Source of the DNA: Catajapyx aquilonaris | Lineage: Eukaryota | Direction of reading: 5' to 3' | DNA length: 51,668 nucleotides | NCBI GenBank assembly: GCA_000934665.2 | Contig: JYFJ02002753.1 | Coordinates: forward strand, 1-51,668 | Shown here: piece by piece, positions 10,301 through 20,900 of the stretch | Layout: each line of letters starts with the position of its first letter | How positions within the stretch are numbered: the first letter of the stretch is position 1 | Position numbers and translations under genes: made by a program | The notes under the pieces: generated by a model | The model's database searches: none | What the model was told of the DNA's origin: nothing | What the model saw: the letters and a program-made list of their open reading frames with translations, nothing else

Positions 10301-11687
10301 GTTGGGAGAACTCGAGAGGAGTATGGTTGGGAAGGGAAAAGGTGTGGGGGCTTATGTTCACTGACGACATGGTAATGGTGGCTGAAGAGAGAGAACAGCT
10401 CAGTATTATGATAAAGCAGGTGGAGAAACACTTGGAGATTAATTCTTTAACACTGAATGTTCATAAGACAAAAGTCATGGTTTTTAGAAAGGGAGGGAGG
10501 ATGTCTAAAAAGGACAAGTGGTATTGGAAAGGGGAAATGATAGGAGAGGTTTGTAAATACAAGTATCTGGGCTATTGGTTTACTACAAATGGGAAGGTTT
10601 TTGAACATATCAAATATCTAAGAAGGAAAGCTTGTATGGGGTTGGAAAATGTGAGAAGAATATGTAGGGAGAAAAAAATTGAGCAATGGGGAGTGGTTAA
10701 GAGTTTGTTCAATGCCTTGGTAAGAACCATTCTTCTACAGGGGGCGGAGATTTGGGGATTGAAGGTGGGGGCTGCATTAGGGAGTGTTCAGGAGGGGTTT
10801 TTAAAGCGTTGGCTAGGGCTGTCCAAAAATACTCCAGGGTATATTGTACTGACGGAAACTGGTATGGTTGAGGTAGAGGTGGCGGCAATAGGCGGGACAT
10901 TGCGCTGGTTGGCCAAAATTGATAATATGAATCAAGGCACTTTGTTGGGGAGGATATGGATGGAGATGAAGAGGATGAGCGGGGAAGATCAGTTATGATG
11001 GAAGGATTTAAAATTAAAAGAAAGGGAATGGGGTGTTGAAGACGATGAAGAGTGGCAGAGGTTGACTTGGGAGGAAAAGAGGAGTGGATTACTAGATAAG
11101 CTAAAAGACAGAAAGGTTGCAGAAAGGTGGGCTAGAATTACTTCATCAGAAAATTGGACGGATTATAGGTAGCCTACCTGAAAATTAAGTTAGGGGAAGA
11201 GGACTATCTGCAAAGGGGTAATGTGAAATTTCTGAAGGTTTTGGCAAAACTTAGATGTGGAACGCTCACAAGAAGTAATTGGAGATGGTTAGGGGACGAT
11301 GAAAGGAAATGTTATTTATGTGGGGAGGGTGAGGAGAATTTGTTGCATGTTCTAAAGGATTGTAAGGTCATGGATGGAGAGAGACTGTTATGGCTTCAGA
11401 GCGTGGAAAGAGTTAAAGATATAAAGGAGATGTATTCGATGTTACTAGATGTTAGGAAAAGAGGGGGGCTGTGTCGGTATCTTCATGCGCTTGTCAATAA
11501 ACGAAGAGATAAAGTGGTTTGTAGTCAGGGTTCATGTGTGAGATGAAGTTAAATTTATTATTATTATTTTATTGAAATTTTGTTATGATGATGTTTTTGA
11601 TGTGTTGATGTTTTGATGTGCTAGGTCGCCAAAGTGGCAGTTGCTGCAGCCGACCTAATGAAATAAATAAAGCTGATGAATGAATGA
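10301..11687 (+). mobile_element. 5'-truncated non-LTR retrotransposon (LINE; RT C-terminus plus CCHC finger), decayed
   Basis: LMFTDDMV (RT catalytic motif), KTKVMVF, YKYLG and GAEIWG. In-frame stops near 10996 and 11168 plus a frameshift. CYLC…HVLKDC finger, AATAAA and (TGAA)n tail. Clade uncertain (RTE-X/L2-like). Confidence 0.9.
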
Positions 11688-12094
11688 GAAATAAAAGGTG
11701 CAATAATTATTACAAATTGCATTCAAGCCACAGCTAGGCAAGGAAGACCCTTAGATGCCAAGAACATTCTAAAATTAGTACATAATATTGAATAACAGGC
11801 CACAATATTTTAAAATAATTCAACCATCCATGATGTGCATATAAGGTCACAAAGCTCAAAATAGGCCCTTAGAGGTCCTACAGGCCCTAAAATTCCAAAG
11901 TTGGCATTTGTACCACGGGCGTAGGTATAGATTTTCAATGGGGNGGGGGGTAAAAAACAGGAGTACAATAACACGGCCGGTACATCGGACATTGCCGGGC
12001 CGTTGTACGCCTATAAACCCTCGCTTAATTATTGAGTTCTGGAGTCATGAACCAAAGAGAAAGAATGATTTTATCATCATAATAATTACAAAAG

Positions 12095-12270
12095 AGGGTG
12101 GCATGGTGGTGTCATGAATGACATCAGAGACTTCTACCTCTGAGGGATCAAGTGAATTCCTAGGTAGAGGATTTTCTCCTGAAGAAAGGGAGTTTCAATA
12201 AGAGGTTCTCTCTGTATTTGTATGGATTTTTGCTGGGCACATGCATTTCCTCCCACTCTCCAAAAATCTC
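12095..12270 (+). mobile_element. Old, CpG-decayed V-SINE-like copy
   Basis: Head GGTGGCATGGTGGTG…CTTCTACCTCTGAGG and GGAGTTT…GTTCTCTCTGTATTTGTATGGATTTT…TTTCCTCCCACT align to the copy at 40241-40500. Confidence 0.6.
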
Positions 12271-12359
12271 TCTTCCCCTCTCCTTCTCATAGCTTCTACA
12301 CCTGAGAGACTTAGTTGCTTTGGTTCCCCCAATAAATCAAACCAAATCTATCACAACTA

Positions 12360-12943
12360 CAGGGTGGGCGAAAAGTCCCAGGACACCTGGCTTTTTTTTT
12401 GCCTGCAAAACAAATCTGTGCATGGAAAATGTGTCGGAAATGCTGGTGTAACATCCTCTGGACACTGACGGAACTGTTTGATGAGGGGAGACATCTGAGG
12501 ACCCCCAACAACACCCATAAAAAGCATTTAGCAAGGGAAGTGTCTTTCACGCTTCCCGTCTTTCACATTTCCCATGCTGAATGCTTTTTTCTCCCACTTG
12601 TTCAAGTTACTTCTTCTCGGTGGCACCTTACCAAAAGGAGCCCTGATATCCTGCATTATGTGCGTTATGTTCTTTCCCGTACGTATGAGGCCTCCCGTGG
12701 ACCCACGCAGTAGCCACAAGTCTCTCCTCCACAGTGAACCCGCTCGTATCTGCCATCTTGCACTGTTAACAGTGTTAACTTACTGTGGGTGTTGTTGGGG
12801 GTCCCCAGATGCCTCCCCTCATCAAGCAGTTCCGTGAGTGTCCAGAATATGTCACACCAGCATCCACGGCACATTTTCCATGCACAGATTTGTTTTGCAG
12901 GCAAAAAAAAAGCCAGGTGTCCTGGGACTTTTCGCCCACCCTG
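12360..12943 (-). mobile_element. Internally deleted Tc1/mariner element retaining the transposase N-terminal HTH
   Basis: ~155-bp TIRs beginning CAGGGTGGGCGAAAAGTCCCAGGACACCTGGC, with TA on the left. From ATG 12756 the minus strand reads MADTSGFTVEERLVATAWVH, a frameshift, then TGKNITHIMQDIRAPFGKVPPRRSNLNKWEKKAFSMGNVKDGKR, a DUF4817-like mariner N-terminus. Confidence 0.85.
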
Positions 12944-13006
12944 ATACAAGAACAAAAATCCTATCAAGCAATTCAGTCAATACCAATCCTCTTCCCTTTA
13001 GCTTAC

Positions 13007-13205
13007 CAGAATAGTTCTCTGCTTGCAGGTGGCGCAGCTTATCATGTGAGGCCCAGCACCCTTGATCACTATGGGTTCCAGGCAGGGCTCGCAGAAAATG
13101 TGCAGGCAAGTCAGCACACGAGGCCTGAAGTATGGGCTCATGTGGGAAAGCATGGGAGAAACGGATGGAAGTTGAAGTTGGTGCCATCAGTTCAGTTCCC
13201 TATAC
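13007..13205 (-). pseudogene. mei-P26: RING-finger exon of the mei-P26-like gene
   Basis: Not in the ORF-track frame: PYFRPRVLTCLHIFCEPCLEPIVIKGAGPHMISCATCKQRTIL|GTAAGC. The first Cys pair is lost in a frameshifted stretch after ATG 13187. Acceptor TGTCAG|. Confidence 0.8.
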
Positions 13206-13487
13206 CTGACATAATATTGTGACCAGTTGACCACCAGTATATACCTTCATAATCACCATAATTCAGTGCAACCCTGACACTATACACCACATTTCTACAT
13301 TAACTACCAATATTGTCAGGACACAAATTATGCTTCAGCAAGAGATCAGAGCTACCAAAGTGAGTGTAGTTATGTGTTATCGACCACTATAATGGCCCAA
13401 ATAGTTGGAAAACCCTGTTGAGGTGGTTCCATCTAGATTTTAGAATATCTTTACCATCCGTATGTCTTGAAGATGCGGATGACTTAC

Positions 13488-13663
13488 TATGGCCGGATGA
13501 GGACTTGATGTTCTCCTGCTGAGACAGTGGAGGTCTGATCAAAAGACTCGTCCGAAGAAGTACAGGATTCCATGTCGCACTGTTGCTGAGGCGGTAAATC
13601 GTCATCTTTTCGTTTCTTCTTCTCCGGTTCAAAGAATGAAGATATCACACTCTGTCGACGAGC
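13488..13663 (-). pseudogene. Exon-like segment with PIP-box and basic cluster (unknown gene)
   Basis: Acceptor TATACAG| and donor GTAAGT. Reads ARRQSVISSFFEPEKKKRKDDD…. Confidence 0.45.
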
Positions 13664-13920
13664 CTGTATAATAAACAAGAAACCAAATCAGAATCATGGT
13701 CACTATGTTGGCGTACAATATTTTTTTACACGAAACATATTGATCATTAGTTAGTTTCCAGCTTTCCTGGGCCAGCACACATACAACGAAACTCTAGTGA
13801 ATACACAGAGTGTCCACAATGAACCTCCCTAGTTTCAAATAGTTGTAAACAATAGAAATGAGGAAGTATACAGTATAAGGTTGTTTAAACAGCATGGAGA
13901 CTCATCAAGTTTCATCACGA

Positions 13921-14259
13921 TTTTTTTTTCATTACCCCACGGGGGGAGCTACCTACTCCTTAGGGGGGGGGGGGTGGATTACCACCATTGGGATTTATTT
14001 GGAGCGAGTTAAGAAGATCTTATTATTTATACTCCAAGGGTAGGTAGGAGGGGATGTGCAAAGCGCATGTGCGCTGTCGTTGAGTGGTCATTTTGTGAAC
14101 TCCCCCGGGTGGATTAGTCTTAAGGGAATTTCCACCCGAAATGAAGCCAGAGATGGCCCAACTCTGCACGGATAAAGGTGGGAACACCGGGTGGGGATTA
14201 AACCCGAGACCTTCATATCCGTGGGCGCACGCGTTACCGCGACGCCACTTCATCTCCCC
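13921..14259 (-). mobile_element. tRNA-derived SINE, family A (second copy)
   Basis: Homologous to 8676-8890 (GCGCCCACGGA…CGTGCAGAGTT…GACTAATCCACCCGGGG…TGCACATCCCCTCCT), with an A-tail. Degenerate TSD GTTTCATCACGA (13909-20) / GTTTCATCGTGA (14260-71). Confidence 0.8.
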
Positions 14260-14406
14260 GTTTCATCGTGAATTTTTGGATCGGCCTATGTGATGTGGTG
14301 GTGCTCCTGTGGGGGAAGCTGTCTGAAGATGCAAACATAGCATATGCAGAGGGAAAATCGCATGTTGTGTGGTGGTTAACCGAACTTAATTTGATCACAG
14401 ACACAC

Positions 14407-14830
14407 CAAGTTCATCATATATGCTTGTCCACCAGTCTCCTCAATATCAACATCTGCTCTATCATCGGACTGCTCCAAATCAGCTTCTTCTTGATCACCT
14501 GTTTCCTTATGATCAGCAATAACCGCCTGACCCTGGCCTGACCACCAAACTTCTCATGTTCATGCTGGTGGGCAAAGTGTTTCTCCAGAAAGTTCTCCCC
14601 TGGAGTTTTTCCTGAATCTCCCGATTCTCGGCCCTCTGGCGTGCCGCCAGAGGGCCGAGAATCGGGAGATTCAGGAAAAACCTCACGACATATGGGACGT
14701 TTCTGCCTCGGCCTCCACCAGTCGTTCAACGACCCCTGCCGCATCGTCACTCTTATCCACAGTTTCCCCCAATGCAATTGTTTGCGGTTGCCGGCCCTCT
14801 GGCTTCCTGTTTCTCGACGAATACGTCATC
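14407..14830 (-). pseudogene. Decayed acidic exon upstream of the PIP-box exon
   Basis: Removing an 11-nt insertion (one 8-bp copy plus 3 nt, within 14525-14543) gives EHEKFGGQAVIADHKETGDQEEADLEQSDDRADVDIEETGGQAYMMNL|GTGTGT. This is phase 0 and joins ARRQSV…. The 5' boundary is uncertain. Confidence 0.4.
14605..14681. repeat. Perfect 77-bp hairpin (37-bp stem, 3-nt loop)
   Basis: GTTTTTCCTGAATCTCCCGATTCTCGGCCCTCTGGCG-TGC-CGCCAGAGGGCCGAGAATCGGGAGATTCAGGAAAAAC. Confidence 0.95.
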
Positions 14831-14944
14831 ACCACCATAGCAGTCCTCCGACGTCACTTCGAAACCTGACAACGTCTATACAGTCTGGTACACTCTTCCT
14901 CACAAGTCACAACCCACTGTTTTGACAACTATTGGTCACGGGGG

Positions 14945-15388
14945 CAGGGAGCATATACTACATAAGAGGCGCAAACATTCTATTTTTTTCGTCTCTCTGT
15001 TTATGGCGTTGCCAAGGCTGGCGGCCATCTTGAAGTGTGTGGTATGTCAACGAGGTATAAATAGGGTACAGGCAGGCCGTCAAGGTCCGCGGGGTCCGCC
15101 ATCTTTGATGGTTTGGGCTGCCATGGCAATACACGGCAATAACACGCGCGAATTTGAATTCGATATTGGAAAATGAGTAAGTAAATTGTTATTGCCGTGT
15201 ATTGCCATGACAGCCAAAACCATCAAAGATGGCGGACCTTATTTTTGCCTGTACCCTATTTATACCTCGTTGGCATACCACACACGTCAAGATGGCCGCC
15301 GGCCTTGGCAACTCCCTATAAACAGAGAGACGCGAACAACAATGGCGCCGACAGAGGTTTGCGCCTCTTATGTAGTATATGCTCCCTG
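14945..15388. mobile_element. P-element-like foldback MITE
   Basis: CA…TG termini (CAGGGAGCATATACTACATAAGAGGCGCAAAC and its reverse complement), ~200-bp imperfect arms, and a 7-bp TSD ACGGGGG (14938-44 / 15389-95). Confidence 0.8.
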
Positions 15389-17063
15389 ACGGGGGAATGA
15401 GTGGAAGTAGGACACGACTGATTTGCCTCTCGCATCATTAGTGCAACCAGAAACACATAGTGGGAGCACTCTCACAATATTGGTTGCTACTCTGCACCTG
15501 AAATGCCAAGAAAGTCTGTCAATAATGACCTCTGTAAAAAAATAAAACGGTATGCACACCTCATTCCCAGTGATAACCATTTGAAACCCAATCATTTCAC
15601 AAGACAACAATATAAAAATGGTGTTACACGGAAATCTCTCAATGGAAAAAAAGTACCAAAATGGTGTACCTAAAAACAGCATGACCAACAAGGAAACAAT
15701 ACAAATGAACGCAACAAATGTAAGTTTAACTGCACAATCGTTTATTTTATTATGTAATTATAATTTTAGTTTAAAATTGTCCTCGCAAAAAAATGAGTTG
15801 CAATCTACCATTGCATTGCTCGAAGAGTTAAAATGAAAATTATTATATTTAACATTCTTTACTATTCCTTTCGTGATTTGAAAGTGGAAAAAATGAGAAT
15901 TTTGGATGCGGGTTTTCGAAAAACCAGAATCAGTCGTATATGGAGGAATGCAACAGCATTTCTGATGAGAACGATTCTACAAGTGCATGAGACTATGAAT
16001 GTGTTTAAGAACTGACTACTAAAATAATGTGCAGCGGAGTACAAAAGCGGTTTCTTCCGCGTGATGAGGTGTTTATCAAAAAAATGCTAAATTATGACTA
16101 GTGATGCTTATAGGCACTTGAAGAATACCCCTGAACTCCTTCATCTTGACCAAACATACGGTATTGTTTCGATTCATACGCATGATCTGCCAGAATCAAT
16201 CTATCAAAAAATATAACAAGCCAATTTCATTAATCTTTCCCTCCAGGATGTACATTTCTCCGTTTTTAGGGCTGTCCTGTCTGACATCAATTTCACAGCA
16301 TCCGACTCGTCACACGACCTAATAACACCAGAAGTAAGGTGTTCATACAGAGAGAGGTGATAGTGTTAATAACCACTACTGTTTATCCAGCAGCCTTCAT
16401 ATTTGAACCAATACAAAAGCGAGAAAACCAAACAGCTCTGCCATCTTTTGCCAGTTTATTCCCATAGCGTCAAATCGATTCTCCAACTCACGTAAAGTGC
16501 TGCCTCTATTAGAACTCTCACTAACCGTACCTAATTCACCAATATTCTCAGCTTGACGACTCAATTACAGAATAATTATAACGTCATTGTAACCAGGAGC
16601 AAAAGCGAGGACGAAATTAAAAGCGCAAAAAAAATATAAAGTTTACTGGGCATCCAAACTATTTGTGAACGAACAGATTACACAAGAAATGATTCAAAAC
16701 CATTCCATTTTGCAAATTAGTCTTTGTAGGAATATGAAGTTCCGATCGTTTTCTCCTCAGGGCTGGGAGACTGGAAGGATGGATTGAAATTCTTGTACTA
16801 ACTTTCCCCCCTCCCCTTCAACCCATCCTCTTCGACCTCCCCCCCCCCCCCCTCCGGAAAGGAAAATTCGCCGGGAAATTAAACAGCTCAAGTTCACCAG
16901 AGCGTATAACTCGTTTTCAATTACTCGAATGGCAACTCATTATTTTTAGCTAGTAAGATCACATTACATGCTTTCGATGTGCATGTGTAGGAAGGACTGA
17001 GTACTAACAAGACATAGATATATTCCTGGAGATTAAAAGCTTCTTTGATGTTCCGCCGATCCT

Positions 17064-17108
17064 CTTTTGACTAACCAACCTGCTTGACGCCCTTTTGACT
17101 AGCCAACC
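17064..17108. repeat. Short direct duplication CTTTTGACTA(A/G)CCAACC
   Basis: 17064-17080 and 17092-17108, one mismatch. Confidence 0.8.
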
Positions 17109-17888
17109 AATGTAATCATAGGGCGGTCACGCAGTTTATATTTGACATGCCAGAATGCTGCGAAAGGCACGAAAGTCATGCGTGATTCTCGGAGCCTTGC
17201 TACTGATAAAAAAGCGACCGAGGCTATGTCATTTTTTTTTTTGGGGGGGGGTTCACTTGATGTGAGGGAAACTACCGCTGCCGCCTCAAAATAATAACCC
17301 CCCCTCCTCCCCCCGGACGAAAAGAAGGTGTAAAAGTCTTCTCTTAATAATTCAAAATTCACGCCCTTCTTGATTTACCCCTCAGAATTAACCATCTGAG
17401 AAAATGGGACTTGCGCCAAGTCGAGCCATTCTTCACAAAATTCATCCCCGTTTCTAACTCCTCTTTCCACTCGGATTCTTCAGTCACTTTGGCAATTCTC
17501 AGCTCCTCCTTTTTTGCGCTCTTTTTCCTCGGGGGTGTCTGATTTTCCAAGCTCCACTGCGGTTCAGAAGTGAGTCCGTCGTGGGCTTCATCCAGAAGAG
17601 CCAATGTTTGTTTATTAATCCTACAGACGCCGCCAAGAAAGTTAGATATGTGCACAAGATTATTTGGAGGAGTGTCGTCTTACCAAACATGCTTCTCGCT
17701 CTGTGATTCGCTCGTTGTGGCTCGACTTGGGAGATATGGGTTGTTTTTGAATTGAAATGAGGAGAATAGGAAAGGTCTAAGATGATTACATGGGTTGCAG
17801 GAGAAAAATAGCGTTTTTTTCTGAGGTGGTGATTTTTTTTCATGTGCTTGGTACTGCGCCATAAATATTAGGTATTACATAAAGAATT

Positions 17889-17995
17889 GCCCATAAAGTA
17901 CGTCAGACGGATAGGGGACAGAGAGGGTTGATGTCAATGTGACGGACCGTGAAGTACGGGTAGGTGGTTCGTCCGAGCTTGATGTCACGCTCAAA
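17889..17995 (+). mobile_element. Possible Harbinger-like MITE remnant
   Basis: GCCCATAAAGTACGTCA…GGGG…TGTGACG resembles a common arthropod MITE end recalled from memory. No partner TIR was found. Confidence 0.3.
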
Positions 17996-20900
17996 GCCAC
18001 AATGAAACAGTGGTACTCGAATATTTGCGGAGAGTTTGGTGAACGTTTTAAATAAGATTTTTAATAAGTAGTGAAGAGCCTATGTCCTAAAGCAAAACGT
18101 GCCATGTCACATTCTTTGCCATTTTGAGTTATGCATGGTAGCGATCATTTGGTACCGTACCTCCGATTTATTTAACGATGCAGCATTGAAAAACACTTTT
18201 CAAACATTTGTACTTGGAAAGAAAGTGTTTATGCATGTTGATACACAAACAGAGCCCTTGAGAAAGCGAAAAGAATAAAGTGATAATATTCATTATGTGT
18301 CTCAACTAATGAATCAACAAAGGCAGTTCTTCACTTACAGTCGTCAGTAATTGATGTTTACTCGGAGCAATTAGTTATCCGCATCACACAGCCCTGCATT
18401 CTGCATAAAGAAAAAGCTATCGTCCAGCCAATTTTTGCAACAGTCACGCTACGATTCCCAATTTTCTACAAATGGAATCTACACCAATATCGCCAGAGAT
18501 GGAGTACCTGAGGGTACGCCAAGCCAATCCGAGATCTTCTTTCAATAAGAAAATATTTGAATTCTCTTTCAAACACAAAGGAACACAGTCGACCGCTCAT
18601 CCCACCAAAGAGAGTTTCCATTAATATGTTAAGCCAGACCATATGTTCTTGCATCGGAAAAGAGTTATCTGATGACATGGCATGGCTGCAGGAGATGGGG
18701 CGTTATTAGCGAGGTTTTATTTGCCTGGCCATCCTGAGTAAAAGACGATTTTTACGACACATATATCCAGGATGGTTATCTACCTTCTTTCGCAGCCTGA
18801 CCGGCAGTGAAAGCACAAGCCATTTTACGACCTTCTTGAGAGCAAAAAGGGGAGTCTGACTCCGCTTTAAATCCGTGGACAAAGGCATCATTAATATGAG
18901 TCGTCGAGAGAGGAGACATTTCGGCCTCCTTTTTTGTAGCCCTAAGAGAATTATCCCGACGTAGTCGCAAACTCTTTAATTTACTACTTCCAGTCGGAGA
19001 TGACGAACTCCTGACCTAATTCATTTAGTGATAATATGTTAGCTGGGAGTTTCAGAGCGGCTTTCAGCCCCTTTCTTTAGGGCCGTCTCCGCAAGAGGGC
19101 TGGTTGGTTTGCGGAGGAATGGATGTGGACGAAAGGTAGATCCTGAGATATGACGGCGACCCTCGCTTCACCACTTTGGCATTTCCTATAGAAGCCGGAA
19201 TAGGAGGGGAGATAACTTTCGTGATAGTGACATGAACTGTATGTCAAATAAAAATTCAGATATTATTATACAACTATCAACACTCAAGCAAGGTGAATAT
19301 ATTGTTACGGTATGATTCACTCATTTTAAACTGTCCATATGAAGACGCCATTATTTTTTAACATGTATAAACAGAAATTCAAGGGATGGGTATACAGTTC
19401 AATCCAAATTTCCAACTGGAATTTGTATACAGTAGGGGTTCAGAGTAAGAATGCTGACGGTTGTACACCGCCAGGACACCATTGTCCTAAAGTCCCTTTT
19501 CAACCAGCCAGCAAGTGTAAAATATGAGCTTCAATTGAGCAATAATCAAGTGGCACTAAAATTCTAAAGCATCCCTCTGCAAACATGTTTCGTACTGTCA
19601 AGTTCTCACATACTGCAAATCCGTTAATTCCCTTCTTTCTATGAAAAGGCATGCACACCAGGTCTTCCGCAGGGTCTGGCAAGAAACTTCTGTATAAATA
19701 ATGGATGAAATGGTGTGCCGACGCATTTAATGGAGAGTCCTAAATTCTCGCTCTCAGTCCCTCTCTCCCGCTCTCTGCACAAATCGCATCGCGGCGTTTA
19801 TTTAGCAAATCACAGTTAACATACTTGACTATATAATAGCGAGTTTGGTCCTCAACAGTCCCCGCAGTTAGGGTGCAAGTGGGTGAGCTTTCATTTGGTG
19901 CAGATGTTGTCGGATAAGGCGTTCCGGGGCGTCCAAGGAATGCCGGAGCACACGCATTAGGGGCCTAAGGAAAAGGAACCTGTTACCCCTAAGGTCTCCT
20001 AGGTTATGAACGCCATTCTCAAGCATTTCTCGTCCCAGATTGAAGCCATCTTTGACACTTGGCACCTTCCATGCCGCCTTTTTCCCGATCTCTTCTTTTT
20101 CCCTTTGTGCATTTTTGCACATCAGATTTCGGACATGCTCTGGAAATCTGATGCTCTCTGCGCTTTATGCAGGGTGTTCTAACACGACCCCCTACAAGAG
20201 TTGTTTGCGTAGAATATTGCCACTCCAATGGAAAACCAGTCGTTGATTATAAGGTTCCGGGGGTTGCCCAACTCCAAATAAGCATCATTATTTAAAATTC
20301 TGGGTCCAGAGCTGATGGGATAGCCTCAGTTTTTGTGCGCTGTTATTAACCTCATTATTAGTACAAAAATTACCTTACAATTGGCATAAATGGATTTCCC
20401 TGGTACTGCAGTGCATGCAGTAAAGGGAAAGGCAATTTGCCATTCAACTATGGAAATGTCTGTAATAAAATAATATTTTACATACCGATATAGCCTACAA
20501 ACTGTGGGGATACCGTCATTATCATCATCATCTTGAACATTCCCAGTACAAAATAACTGTCTAATATCATGTGAACACACTGACAAAAAATAACTCGAGA
20601 GTGTGAAATTGTGGGATAAGGTAACAGTCTCATGTTGTCTCTGATGCTATATTTTTGTCAGCTTATTGAGAGCTTCTGGATGGTCCTTGTTGGAACACCC
20701 TATATTATGCAGGCGATGTTGCCGTTGTCAAATTCGCCCTATAGTACGACAGACTTGCAAAATACAAGGCAATGAAATGTTTTGGTTGGGAATTCGCCGA
20801 GTTGGGTTGGACTAAACCCTAACTAATTAACTGCACCGCCACCATAAGATTTTCTTGCTTATAATAACAAGGTCAAAGACTGCTCGGCTCTCTTGGATAG

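Larger units (their letters stand above)
6329..13205 (-). pseudogene. mei-P26: Unprocessed pseudogene of a mei-P26-like TRIM-NHL (RING, coiled-coil, NHL) protein
   Basis: Colinear GT-AG exons encode a RING (PRVLTCLHIFCEPCL…SCATCKQRT) and an NHL propeller matching recalled mei-P26 motifs: [81 protein letters not shown]. Multiple stops and frameshifts are present. Confidence 0.88.

Noticed and set aside
12085..12302. Exon-like minus-strand stretch with an AG acceptor, as a candidate TRIM exon
   Set aside because: It has an in-frame stop, no B-box pattern, and is explained as the antisense of a decayed V-SINE.
12852..13187. 111-aa ORF as a protein
   Set aside because: It is the wrong frame of the RING exon running into intron and mariner TIR sequence.
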